Shown here piece by piece: positions 40,625 through 49,045 of a stretch of 64,000 nt of DNA (positions within the stretch are counted from its first letter, which is position 1; every line of letters starts with the position of its first letter). This DNA is from an uncultured Gammaproteobacteria bacterium (GTDB taxonomy: Bacteria > Patescibacteriota > Microgenomatia > UBA8517). The position numbers and the translations under genes were made by a program. Below the pieces are notes generated by a model that searched no databases, was not told where the DNA came from, and saw only the letters and a list, made by a program, of their open reading frames with translations. Location of the stretch: assembly GCA_964599625.1 (NCBI GenBank), contig CAZRGC010000004.1, positions 11,705-75,704 of the forward strand, given 5' to 3'.

Positions 40625-40815
40625 TTTTTGTGGCTTTATAACCAAAAAAAAGGACCTCCCGCGGTCCCATCCTTATTTCTTTGAGATATTCCTTCTCAAA
40701 GCTCTTAGTCCATCTCTACTTTTGCGGTGACAATGGTTGGAATCTTTTTACGCTTTTCCCTGCGTCAGGTATTTTGACCTGCTCCTCGCTTCGCGTGACT
40801 GAAGCTCAAGCGGAT
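40570..40815 (-). promoter_or_regulatory. T-box riboswitch (His specifier CAC)
   Basis: T-box AAGGATGGGACCGCG (40674-40660) can pair with CGTTCCTT. AAGAG plus Stem III (TTTGAGA/TCTCAAA) precede it. Short Stem I has a CAC loop. hisS is downstream. Confidence 0.8.
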
Positions 40816-40833
40816 TTATTAAAATGTTATTGT

Positions 40834-40861
40834 AGTCTACAACTTATTTCTAACTTGTCAA
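40834..40861 (-). promoter_or_regulatory. Sigma70 promoter for the T-box/GNAT/hisS transcript
   Basis: TTGACA-N16-TAGACT. Confidence 0.65.
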
Positions 40862-40870
40862 ATATTAGGC

Positions 40871-40914
40871 AAAGAAATACCCAGTTTCTTAAATGTCCGA
40901 GGACGAAACTGGGT
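40871..40914 (-). terminator. Terminator of large ncRNA B
   Basis: 10-bp stem ACCCAGTTTC/GAAACTGGGT followed by ATTTCTTT on the minus strand. Confidence 0.7.
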
Positions 40915-41527
40915 TTTCTGACTTCCAAGGTTTTTACACTGCTAGTAGCAGAGCTCGGTTAACCTCGGACTCAGTACAGAGCATCTGATTCGGCACGTCT
41001 ACCGAACCGCTCTGGTTAAGGGATAGTGGGAAGGCCCGGGTTTTTTGTTTTACCTTCAGGTGGAGCGTCCGCAATCTGCGAATGCTGATCTGCACCCAAA
41101 GCAAAATCCCTTATTGCCTTCCAATTGTTGTGCCCGCGCGCGGCACTGCTAAAGAGCAACAACACCCTGACCAGTCAAGAAAAGGGCCACTTCCAGAAGC
41201 GTCACTACAGCGATGCTGCAGTTGGGTGTGACTCCCGGAGGGACCAAGTTCGCGGTTGAAATTCGCGACACTCCCTTTTCTATCCTAAGGCGGAAGAATA
41301 TACGTCCCGTGTGTCCATCGTAGCAGATGGGGGACCAAATCGGCTTAGCCGCACTGTGTGCAGGCGTTGGCCACAACTTGAGTTGAATGTGATTGGATCC
41401 GTACGGATCGAAATTTTCGGCCTAACTTACAAGCCGAAACCGGCGACCAAACAAGTGATCGGCGTTTTGGGCCTGTAAGTGCGCTGACGTGTAAATGTCT
41501 ATGTGCTTACCGGAATATTATTCCAGT
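40871..41527 (-). ncRNA. Unclassified large structured RNA B (~650 nt)
   Basis: Own promoter and terminator, GC-richer than flanks, no credible ORF, more than 10 hairpins plus long-range helices. Confidence 0.75.
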
Positions 41528-41533
41528 GTTGAC

Positions 41534-41562
41534 ACTATAGCATAAGAAAGAAGATTTGTCAA
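41534..41562 (-). promoter_or_regulatory. Sigma70 promoter for ncRNA B
   Basis: TTGACA-N17-TATAGT with extended TG. Confidence 0.8.
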
Positions 41563-41649
41563 GTATTATAGGCTACTAGAGCTTTGCTCATGGGATATTT
41601 ATATATAGTTTCTATTTTTGGGGTAATTCTAGCCTCTATTTTAACTTTA

Positions 41650-41725
41650 GAAAAAGAAAGAGACCTGGTCCTTTTGAATTTTTGGATGCGTTTTACGGCA
41701 TTTATTATTCTTGGGACCAGGTCTC
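41650..41725 (-). terminator. Terminator of large ncRNA A
   Basis: 12-bp stem GAGACCTGGTCC/GGACCAGGTCTC (long loop) followed by TTTCTTTTTC. Confidence 0.7.
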
Positions 41726-42121
41726 GGGATTCGGGATAGGGGAGATGTTGTTTCTTGGGATTCGGGTTGGGCGTAGGCTGAAGGTCGCAAGTGACCAACA
41801 AAATACCGAGATGGCAGCCTAGCTTCCGAGGTTCCTTTGAAATCTCCCTTTCGTGCTTGATCTAAATGTGATGTAAATCGAGCTGAAAGCTTCCACACTT
41901 TGTCCCTGCCGCTTTTGTTGTCGGGCAATCCGAAGCGAAGGCCAGTGGCCTTGTCCGGTGGTTGGGACGATCGGGGAAGCTAAAGTGACCGGCTATCCAG
42001 CCAGTCTGGTATTGGTACTTGCGGACCTAAAGCTGCCGGCCAAAAATGGTCGGCAAGTTGAGATCCGTAAGCACACGGCTCTTTCTACACAATCAATATG
42101 TCAGGTGCAAGCTATCGCGAA
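41650..42121 (-). ncRNA. Unclassified large structured RNA A (~470 nt)
   Basis: Own promoter and terminator; nested long-range helices and several hairpins; no credible ORF. Confidence 0.7.
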
Positions 42122-42127
42122 GGTAGT

Positions 42128-42157
42128 AATATACCACAGTCATTTTTGACTTGTCAA
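42128..42157 (-). promoter_or_regulatory. Sigma70 promoter for ncRNA A
   Basis: TTGACA-N18-TATATT with extended TG. Confidence 0.72.
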
Positions 42158-42175
42158 CACTATGTTGTGAAGCTA

Positions 42176-43192
42176 CTATGGGTTTTGGGTAACAAACACA
42201 GATCTTGCCATTTGAACACCTGTGCCGGAGCTTAAAGTTACGTAAACTAAAGAACTACCTTTTTCTATGTCTGTAGCTTTGATTTTACCTTGGTCTTCGG
42301 AAGCAAAATCATAAATAACAGTTTTCTTGTCATAGGCAATTTTTGTATCCGAGCCGTCGGAGCTTCGGGTAATACTAATGTCTTTTGTTGTTACTGTATT
42401 AACACTGGCAAGTACAACCTCCGCTTTGGATTCTGTAATCGCGTCCGTGATCAAAATCCTCTGGGCCGACAAAACCGAAGATGAATTTATGTAGCCCATT
42501 CCCACAATAAAGTCTCCGATTGCAATATCGGGAACCTTAACATTTCTAGTTGTTGTGCCTGAACTTTTAACAACACTTGTTTCGTCTTCTGAAGTTGCAA
42601 TCTGTTTTATTTCGCCTTTTGCTGTTTTGATTTGAATTGTGGAATCAGCAATATCGGTAACTGTTCCGATATATGCCTTGGGTTTATTGAGTGCCGCCTC
42701 TACCTTTTCTTGCACCTTTTGCCTAATTGAAGCTTCGTCTGATGCGTCAGACGAAGCAGGTGAACCAATACTTCCTCTGATCTGAAACGACGATGAGTAA
42801 ACCACTAATACTTTTTCAATACTTGGGGCGCCACCTTCGTCAAAACCTGTTAACTTTATTTGGTTGATTCCTGCAATCAAATTTATTTCCTCTGAAAATG
42901 TACCGTCCTCTTTGGACTTTGTAATATAGTCCTCGCTTTCACCGGAGATAATGAGAGTTGTGGAGGGTCTCGTAATGCCGGATATATTTATTGAACTTGT
43001 AGTTACAACATCTTCGTTTTCCGGTTTGTCCAGAGTGATCTTGAATTCCGAAGATGGTGTGGGGCCGGGTGTTTGTGTCTGTCCGGGTTGGGGAGTTGGT
43101 TTTATAGCCGAGTTAATTCGCCAAACGCCAAAAGCGATGATAAGACCAAAGGTAATACCAATACCTGCTGCCCATAAAACTTCTTTTCGCAT
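42176..43192 (-). CDS. Membrane-anchored hypothetical protein (Ig-like and beta-rich domains)
   Basis: Start MRKEVL; N-terminal TM; ISGIT...DGTFS...GINQI Ig-like pattern. Confidence 0.75.
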   Translation of the reverse strand: MRKEVLWAAGIGITFGLIIAFGVWRINSAIKPTPQPGQTQTPGPTPSSEFKITLDKPENEDVVTTSSINISGITRPSTTLIISGESEDYITKSKEDGTFSEEINLIAGINQIKLTGFDEGGAPSIEKVLVVYSSSFQIRGSIGSPASSDASDEASIRQKVQEKVEAALNKPKAYIGTVTDIADSTIQIKTAKGEIKQIATSEDETSVVKSSGTTTRNVKVPDIAIGDFIVGMGYINSSSVLSAQRILITDAITESKAEVVLASVNTVTTKDISITRSSDGSDTKIAYDKKTVIYDFASEDQGKIKATDIEKGSSLVYVTLSSGTGVQMARSVFVTQNP

Positions 43193-43289
43193 CGCCTGAC
43201 AATATAATTGAAGCATGTTGTTTAGTCAAGGAAAATTTACATGTAAACCTATTGCCAACACTAAAAAGTTTTGTTAGAGTCTCTTTTGC

Positions 43290-43943
43290 ATGGACATTAC
43301 ATATTTAGGACACTCCTCGTTTAGAATCAAAACGAAAACAGCTACTGTTGTCACGGATCCGTTTGATACTCAAATGGTGGGAATAAAGTACCCGCAGCAG
43401 GAAGCCGATATTGTTACCGTTTCTCACGATCATGCAGACCATAACGCTGCCGACAAAGTTACCGGGGTAAGAAAAGTTGTCGAAGGCCCTGGGGAGTATG
43501 AGGTGATGGGTGTTTCCATTATCGGTTACAAAACATATCACGATTCAAAAAATGGAGAAGAAAGAGGTAAAAATACAGTTTATGTCTTTGAGACCGAAAA
43601 ACTTCGCGTATGCCATTTGGGGGATTTGGGGCATTCACTTTCGGAAGACCTTGTAAACGAACTTGGAGACATAGACATACTCATAGTCCCTGTCGGTGGT
43701 GATTACACAATTGACTCTAAACTTGCAGCTGAGGCCGTAAACAAGATTGAGCCTTTTATTGTGATTCCTATGCATTACCAACAAGAAGGTTTGAAAGCTG
43801 ACACATTTTCCTCACTAGACGGTGTGGACAACTTTTTGAAAGAAACAGGTTTAACAGTCGAGAATTTAGACAAGCTTACCATCAAAAAAGAAGACATTAT
43901 GGAAGATCAAAGTACAAAAGTGGTAGTTCTTTCAAGAAAATAG
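43290..43943 (+). CDS. Metallo-beta-lactamase fold hydrolase
   Basis: LGHSSF, TDPF, SHDHADHN, HLGDLG, IPMHY. Confidence 0.92.
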   Translation: MDITYLGHSSFRIKTKTATVVTDPFDTQMVGIKYPQQEADIVTVSHDHADHNAADKVTGVRKVVEGPGEYEVMGVSIIGYKTYHDSKNGEERGKNTVYVFETEKLRVCHLGDLGHSLSEDLVNELGDIDILIVPVGGDYTIDSKLAAEAVNKIEPFIVIPMHYQQEGLKADTFSSLDGVDNFLKETGLTVENLDKLTIKKEDIMEDQSTKVVVLSRK

Positions 43944-43993
43944 TTCGCACTTTACGTCTGCCCATGACCCTTTATATCTTTATATAAAAAGTT

Positions 43994-45328
43994 ATGGCAA
44001 ACACACCCCCCACCTCACTCAAAGTTCCACCACATTCTCAGGATGCGGAAGAAAGCGTTTTAGGCGCAATGCTTATAGATAAAGATGCAGTGATAGCTGT
44101 TGCCGAGTTTTTGCACCCCGAAGACTTTTATGACGAGCGTTTGAAAGAGGTTTATGAAGCGTGTATAGAACTTTACGAAGATAGGGTCCCTATTGATGTT
44201 CTCACAGTTTCGGAAAAGTTGAAAAAAAGAAAAGGCCTTAAAAAAGTCGGGGACTCCTCGTTTTTGGCCGATCTTGCAAACAAAGTCCCAACAGCTGCGC
44301 ATGTGGAGCATTACGGCAGAATTGTAAAAGATACTTCCACAAAACGGGCACTCATGGCCGCTGCAACAAGGCTTGTGGAAATTTCGATGGACGAAGGCCT
44401 TGCCGCTAACGAAGTTTTGGATAAGGCAGAGAGTGAGGTTTTCAATCTGAGCCAAAGAAATCTCACAAAAGCATTCACTCCCGTTAGAGAAACATTAGCA
44501 GAGAGTTTTGACAGATTGGACGAACTTCATAAGCAAGGTGAAGGAATGCGGGGAGTGCCCACGGGTCTGCCGGACTTGGACGACGCCCTGGCCGGAATGC
44601 AAAAAAGCAATTTAATTATTTTAGCTGCCAGGCCCGGTGTGGGAAAGACTACATTGGCAATGAATGTGGCACAACACATTTCGGTCAACCTCAAACGACC
44701 TGTTGGATTTTTCTCATTGGAAATGAGCAAAGAAGAACTTGTAGACAGACTTCTTGTGGGTCAGGCCGATATTGACGCATGGAAACTAAAAACCGGAAAA
44801 CTTTCCGAGGACGATTTTACAAAACTCAGTAATGCCATGGGGGAACTTGCTGAAGCCCCCTTGTTTATTGACGATACCCCGGCACTTTCTGTTTTGGAGA
44901 TGAGAACCAAAGCCAGACGGCTTCAAGTGGAGAATGGTTTGGATTTTTTGGTGGTGGACTATTTGCAACTTGCTAAGTCACGCAATTTGGAAAATAGGGT
45001 TCAGGAAGTTTCGGAGATTTCCCAGGGAATGAAAAATATTGCAAGAGAGCTCAAAATTCCTGTAATGGTTCTTTCGCAATTGTCTCGTGCCGTGGAACAA
45101 AGAGGTGGCAATAAACCTCAGCTTTCAGACCTTAGGGAGTCGGGAAGTATAGAGCAAGATGCTGACGTTGTTATGTTTTTGTGGAGAGAAGACGCAGAGA
45201 ACGGGGAAAATATGATGTTGGATATTGCTAAGCACAGAAACGGTCCTTTAAGAAGTATACCGTTGCATTTCAAAGGAGACAGAATCAAATTCTTTGCACG
45301 CGACACTCATCATTCACAACCACATTAA
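43994..45328 (+). CDS. dnaB: Replicative DNA helicase
   Basis: AARPGVGKT, FSLEM, VDYLQL, SQLSR, DLRESGSIEQDAD, KHRNGP. Confidence 0.98.
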   Translation: MANTPPTSLKVPPHSQDAEESVLGAMLIDKDAVIAVAEFLHPEDFYDERLKEVYEACIELYEDRVPIDVLTVSEKLKKRKGLKKVGDSSFLADLANKVPTAAHVEHYGRIVKDTSTKRALMAAATRLVEISMDEGLAANEVLDKAESEVFNLSQRNLTKAFTPVRETLAESFDRLDELHKQGEGMRGVPTGLPDLDDALAGMQKSNLIILAARPGVGKTTLAMNVAQHISVNLKRPVGFFSLEMSKEELVDRLLVGQADIDAWKLKTGKLSEDDFTKLSNAMGELAEAPLFIDDTPALSVLEMRTKARRLQVENGLDFLVVDYLQLAKSRNLENRVQEVSEISQGMKNIARELKIPVMVLSQLSRAVEQRGGNKPQLSDLRESGSIEQDADVVMFLWREDAENGENMMLDIAKHRNGPLRSIPLHFKGDRIKFFARDTHHSQPH

Positions 45329-45330
45329 GA

Positions 45331-45537
45331 TTATTCTACGTTGTCGTTTGCTCGCTGGGGGAAACTGGGTGAAGGATACATTTCGTTTGCGGGTTTTAGT
45401 GACTGTTCTATATCCAAAAGCGTTGTATTTGCTGTGGTCGGAAGTTTTTGCCCCGACAAAAGCATCTCAACCTGTTCTTGGTCAAACTTGGCAAATCTAT
45501 ATTGACTCAATAATTTTTCCAAAACGTCTCTTTCCAT
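45331..45537 (-). CDS. Small hypothetical protein
   Basis: 68-aa ORF; TGTTAGAAT 6 nt before ATG. Confidence 0.5.
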   Translation of the reverse strand: MERDVLEKLLSQYRFAKFDQEQVEMLLSGQKLPTTANTTLLDIEQSLKPANEMYPSPSFPQRANDNVE

Positions 45538-45565
45538 GTTTTTATTCTAACATTCCAGTCAAGCT

Positions 45566-46483
45566 TTATTTTTTTAGCTCGGGAAACAACTTTTCAAGTT
45601 CAAAAATTCTAAAATTTGTAACCGCATACTCAATTTCATTCTTGTCTCCATATTCCATTTGTTTTCCAGCTGCCAATTCTCTTGACCTCGTAGAAAGCAA
45701 AAGATGTTCTGTATAAATTTGTACAGGCACTTGAGGATTTCGGTTTGGGCTCTGTTGCAGCGATAACGAAAATTCCTTGCGAGCTCTTTCTCCCATTTTA
45801 TTCCAAACTGTTGCTGGAAGATGTGGATTTTCTGGTGATGTGTGTTCCCATACAAAGAATGTTTTCTTGTCTTTTTCTGCTGTAACATACCCGCTTAGTT
45901 TAAAAGCAGAATGGGGGATCAGTATGGTATATCTGTACTCCATTGATCTATTTGGGAGTCCGGGAAAGCTTGGTTTGTAGTCAGCACTCTCCTCCAAAAT
46001 AACCGGAGGTCTGTAGGAATCAACTCTTAAAACCTGATTGGACAAAGAGGTAAACATTGATTTGCCCACGTGCTTGTAAATTTCAGGCAATTCTTCTTCC
46101 ATCCCGCGTTCCAAAGCGGCATTGAACCCTTCGGTAGTGAGATTAAGTTTCTCGCGAAAAGAAACTCCTTCCATCCCTCGTTTTCTGACTCTACCATCGG
46201 CAAACTCCTGTCTGTCTTCTTTTAGAACGTAGAAATTGCCGTCCAAATCTCCCGCAAACACAAAAACTCCAACTTGCTCTACCTCGCGGATTAATTTACC
46301 TTCAGTGGTGTCAACCAGCCTGGAATCTCCATCCTGGAGTTCTTTGAGAAGTTTACCAATTGGTTTTGACCCAGGAGTAACACCCCAAAGTTTGTGGTTA
46401 ATTCCGTGCCCATCAAGCATAGCTGAAAGTCCCTGGAGGGTAATCTCTGAAGTAACTGCTTCCGCCTCTTTTGGTCGTGGCAT
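45566..46483 (-). CDS. Hypothetical protein with degenerate NUDIX-like box
   Basis: EKL...EGFNAALERGMEEEL. Confidence 0.6.
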   Translation of the reverse strand: MPRPKEAEAVTSEITLQGLSAMLDGHGINHKLWGVTPGSKPIGKLLKELQDGDSRLVDTTEGKLIREVEQVGVFVFAGDLDGNFYVLKEDRQEFADGRVRKRGMEGVSFREKLNLTTEGFNAALERGMEEELPEIYKHVGKSMFTSLSNQVLRVDSYRPPVILEESADYKPSFPGLPNRSMEYRYTILIPHSAFKLSGYVTAEKDKKTFFVWEHTSPENPHLPATVWNKMGERARKEFSLSLQQSPNRNPQVPVQIYTEHLLLSTRSRELAAGKQMEYGDKNEIEYAVTNFRIFELEKLFPELKK

Positions 46484-46584
46484 GGGGCGATTGTAGTCCT
46501 ATAAATTAAAAAAAGCAAAAAAAAGGGTAAAAGGAGGAGTCGTCACCCTAAGGATCGAATTCTTTCCCCAAACGAGTCTTCGAG

Positions 46585-46669
46585 TGCCGGGGAGAGGAGT
46601 CGAACCTCCACGGGCTTTTGGGCCCACAGGTTTTTGAGACCTGAGCGTCTGCCATTCCGCCACCCCGGC
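46585..46669 (-). tRNA. tRNA-Leu(CAA)
   Basis: GCCGGGG acceptor stem, anticodon arm CAGGT-CTCAAAA-ACCTG, long variable arm, GTTCGAC T-loop; CCA not encoded. Confidence 0.96.
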
Positions 46670-46808
46670 TCGTCGGAACGAGCTGCACTTACTGCACTAA
46701 AAATTGAAAATTTTCAGTGCTTGTCGCTTCGCTGTTCCTCCTCTCAAAATTGCAAGCAATTTTGTGCCTGAAAACAAATTATACTACAAGAAGGCTGAGA
46801 AGTTGATT

Positions 46809-47273
46809 TTAATTCAGTATCCACCAGAAGGAGGTGGCTATGATTATGAGTTGGGTAAGAACACCTGTCCAAACCTGCTTGGTGTCGACCTGTATTGAGC
46901 GTTCAAGATGAACCCACCAAACCATTAGCTTGCTACGGATCTTAAAATAATAGTAAGGGTATTTAACCACGTCAGAAAGAACAGAGAACAATGAACAAGC
47001 CAGAATAAGCAGAGCCAAGTTTTGATCGGGAAGTGCTTGTACAGAAAAATATACTCCTGTAGCAAACGCCAAACAAATATCAAGTGTAGCAATTAACGTG
47101 CTTTTGTCAGAAGGCTTTCCGTGTTTTTGTGTTTCCGTATAAATATGAGGATTCCAGTGGGGAACTTTGTCCAAAAGAAAATGACTGGCAAAAGACATGG
47201 GTATTGCAATCCAAGGGTTTGGGAATTTAGTGGCTATTGCAACCCCGACCGCCACGTGTGGTGTCTCAAGCAT
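46809..47273 (-). CDS. Membrane protein, putative metal-dependent hydrolase
   Basis: TPH...SHFLLDKVPHW...SD...H; TMs. Confidence 0.65.
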   Translation of the reverse strand: MLETPHVAVGVAIATKFPNPWIAIPMSFASHFLLDKVPHWNPHIYTETQKHGKPSDKSTLIATLDICLAFATGVYFSVQALPDQNLALLILACSLFSVLSDVVKYPYYYFKIRSKLMVWWVHLERSIQVDTKQVWTGVLTQLIIIATSFWWILN

Positions 47274-47301
47274 TGTAACCACAATGGTATATAATCTGAG
47301 A

Positions 47302-47904
47302 ATGCTAGTCAATCTTGGAGTGGGACTCTCGGGAACCCTAATTTTCCTTTTTATCTTCTGGAAACGGCTAAAAGAGGACTATGCAAGTGATATTGTTTTT
47401 AAGTCGGCCACCTACATTTTAGCTTGTTTTTTGCTTGGATATGTTTTGTCTTTGAAATATTTACCTCAGGCATACCTGTATTTTATTTTTTTGGGTGTAC
47501 TAATTGGAGTTTGGTTAACAATATTTAAGCTTAAAATAAAATTTTATGAATTAACCGATGCAGTTATTATTGCATTTTTGCCATGGCTATCCCTCACATT
47601 TTTCAAAGATTCAATCCAAAGCAGTTCATTTGTTTCTTTTATCGCGTTTCTTTACGTTCTGTTGATAATTTTTCTTTATTATTATTTTGATACACACTAC
47701 AAAGAGTTTAGTTGGTACAAATCGGGTAAGGTTGGGTTTTCCGGTATGGCCGCTCTTGCCATAATTTTTCTGACCAGAAGTCTTGTTGCGGTACTGGGAA
47801 TATCCGTGTTATCCTTTGTCGGCAGATTCGAAGGAATAATAGCAGGGGCATTGGCATTTGCAGCGTTTTTGTTGTTGTACAATTTAGGAAGAAAAACACA
47901 GTAA
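47302..47904 (+). CDS. Polytopic membrane protein (possibly divergent Lgt-like)
   Basis: About 7 TMs; start 6 nt after TATAAT. Confidence 0.6.
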   Translation: MLVNLGVGLSGTLIFLFIFWKRLKEDYASDIVFKSATYILACFLLGYVLSLKYLPQAYLYFIFLGVLIGVWLTIFKLKIKFYELTDAVIIAFLPWLSLTFFKDSIQSSSFVSFIAFLYVLLIIFLYYYFDTHYKEFSWYKSGKVGFSGMAALAIIFLTRSLVAVLGISVLSFVGRFEGIIAGALAFAAFLLLYNLGRKTQ

Positions 47905-48317
47905 TGGCAAAAAATACAAAAAAAACTGAAGTTAAGAAAACCAAAGAAGTTGCACCTCCAAAATTTCCGGCTGGTCTGATGGCGCCGGTTGCCAATTTTC
48001 TTAAAAATAGAATAACGGAGTTGGAGAAGAGAAGGAAAGAAATCTCCAAGGAAGATCCTTTCAAAGATACTCAAAGGGCTACTGACAACGCTGCTCCTGA
48101 TATAGAAGCAGATGAACAGTTTGGACATGCCAGAACTTCAGCAATGAAAAGTCTTATTAGCAAAAGAATTGTGCAGATGAGAAAAGCTCTCTCCCGTGTA
48201 AATATAGGCAAATACGGTATTTGTGAAGAGTGTGGACAAATGATTGATACGGACAGATTAACCGCTTTTCCCGAGGCCACTTTGTGTGCCAAAGACGCAA
48301 GAAAGAGGGAAAAATAA
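47904..48317 (+). CDS. DksA/TraR zinc-finger protein
   Basis: ALSRV..GKYGICEECG..I..DRL.AFPEATLC. Confidence 0.9.
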   Translation: MAKNTKKTEVKKTKEVAPPKFPAGLMAPVANFLKNRITELEKRRKEISKEDPFKDTQRATDNAAPDIEADEQFGHARTSAMKSLISKRIVQMRKALSRVNIGKYGICEECGQMIDTDRLTAFPEATLCAKDARKREK

Positions 48318-48340
48318 TCTTCATTTGCTAAAATAGCTAC

Positions 48341-49045
48341 ATGGAACCCAAAATAATCTATCAGGATGATTTATTGTTTGTGGTGGACAAGCCTGCAGGC
48401 TGGATATCCAACGACTCCAATACTGTTACAACTCAACCGGTTGTTCAGAACTGGATACGGGACAATTTTGATTATCCTTTGAAAAATAACAAGGAGATGA
48501 GGGATGGAATTGTTCATAGGCTAGACAAAGAAACCAGTGGAATACTGGTTGTGGCAAAAACAGAGGAATCTTTTCTTAAACTTCAGGCAATGTTTAAGGA
48601 GCGTCGTGTAGAAAAAACATACACTGCATTGTGTCACGGCAAAATAGACCCTCCGGACGGAGTCGTGGAGGCAACAGTAGGGAGGTTGCCCTGGAGACGA
48701 GACAGATTTGGTGTGATGGAAGGAGGACGCGACTCTTTAACTCACTATCATTTGGTCAAGTTCTATAAAGGTGACAGGGGAGGCTACTCACTTACCGAGT
48801 TTTATCCCAAAACAGGGAGAACACACCAGATAAGAGTTCATGCTAAGCACATAGGTCATGCAATCGTGGCTGATGAGTTTTACGCAGGCAGAAAGACAGC
48901 CAGAAACGACCGTAAATGGTGCCCAAGACTTTTCCTGCACGCTTCCTCAATCAAGTTTCCGCATCCCCAAACCGGTGCCGAAAACGTATACCATTCCTCT
49001 TTACCGGAGGATTTAGCAGGAGCTCTCGATCACTTGGCTCAGTGA
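48341..49045 (+). CDS. RluA-family pseudouridine synthase
   Basis: DKPAG, VHRLDKETSG, TGRTHQIRVH, LHA. Confidence 0.95.
   Translation: MEPKIIYQDDLLFVVDKPAGWISNDSNTVTTQPVVQNWIRDNFDYPLKNNKEMRDGIVHRLDKETSGILVVAKTEESFLKLQAMFKERRVEKTYTALCHGKIDPPDGVVEATVGRLPWRRDRFGVMEGGRDSLTHYHLVKFYKGDRGGYSLTEFYPKTGRTHQIRVHAKHIGHAIVADEFYAGRKTARNDRKWCPRLFLHASSIKFPHPQTGAENVYHSSLPEDLAGALDHLAQ

Noticed and set aside
40755-40782. TPP- or cobalamin-riboswitch-like CAGGTCAAAATACCTGACGCAGGGAA on the minus strand
   Set aside because: Upstream CTGAGA/ACCTGA and B12-box elements are absent; the segment lies inside the better-supported T-box leader.
40885-40914. Hammerhead-like GTCC-GA-GGAC-GAAAC on the plus strand
   Set aside because: The required CTGATGA core is replaced by CTTAAAT; the segment is better explained as the minus-strand terminator.
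41221-41350. tRNA/tmRNA-like T-arm (GGGTGTGACTCCC...ACCA) and RNase P-like CGGCTTA on the plus strand
   Set aside because: No TTC loop, acceptor stem or GAGGAAAGTCC partner; promoter and terminator indicate minus-strand transcription.
42060-42085. Group II intron domain V-like GAGCCGTGTGC...TACGG in RNA A
   Set aside because: The upper stem and GNRA loop are missing, it lies near the 5' end, and there is no domain VI, maturase or host gene.
40681-42149. Short ORFs (63-93 aa) across the RNA island
   Set aside because: Mostly non-ATG starts, no RBS, no recognisable domains; they overlap dense RNA structure.
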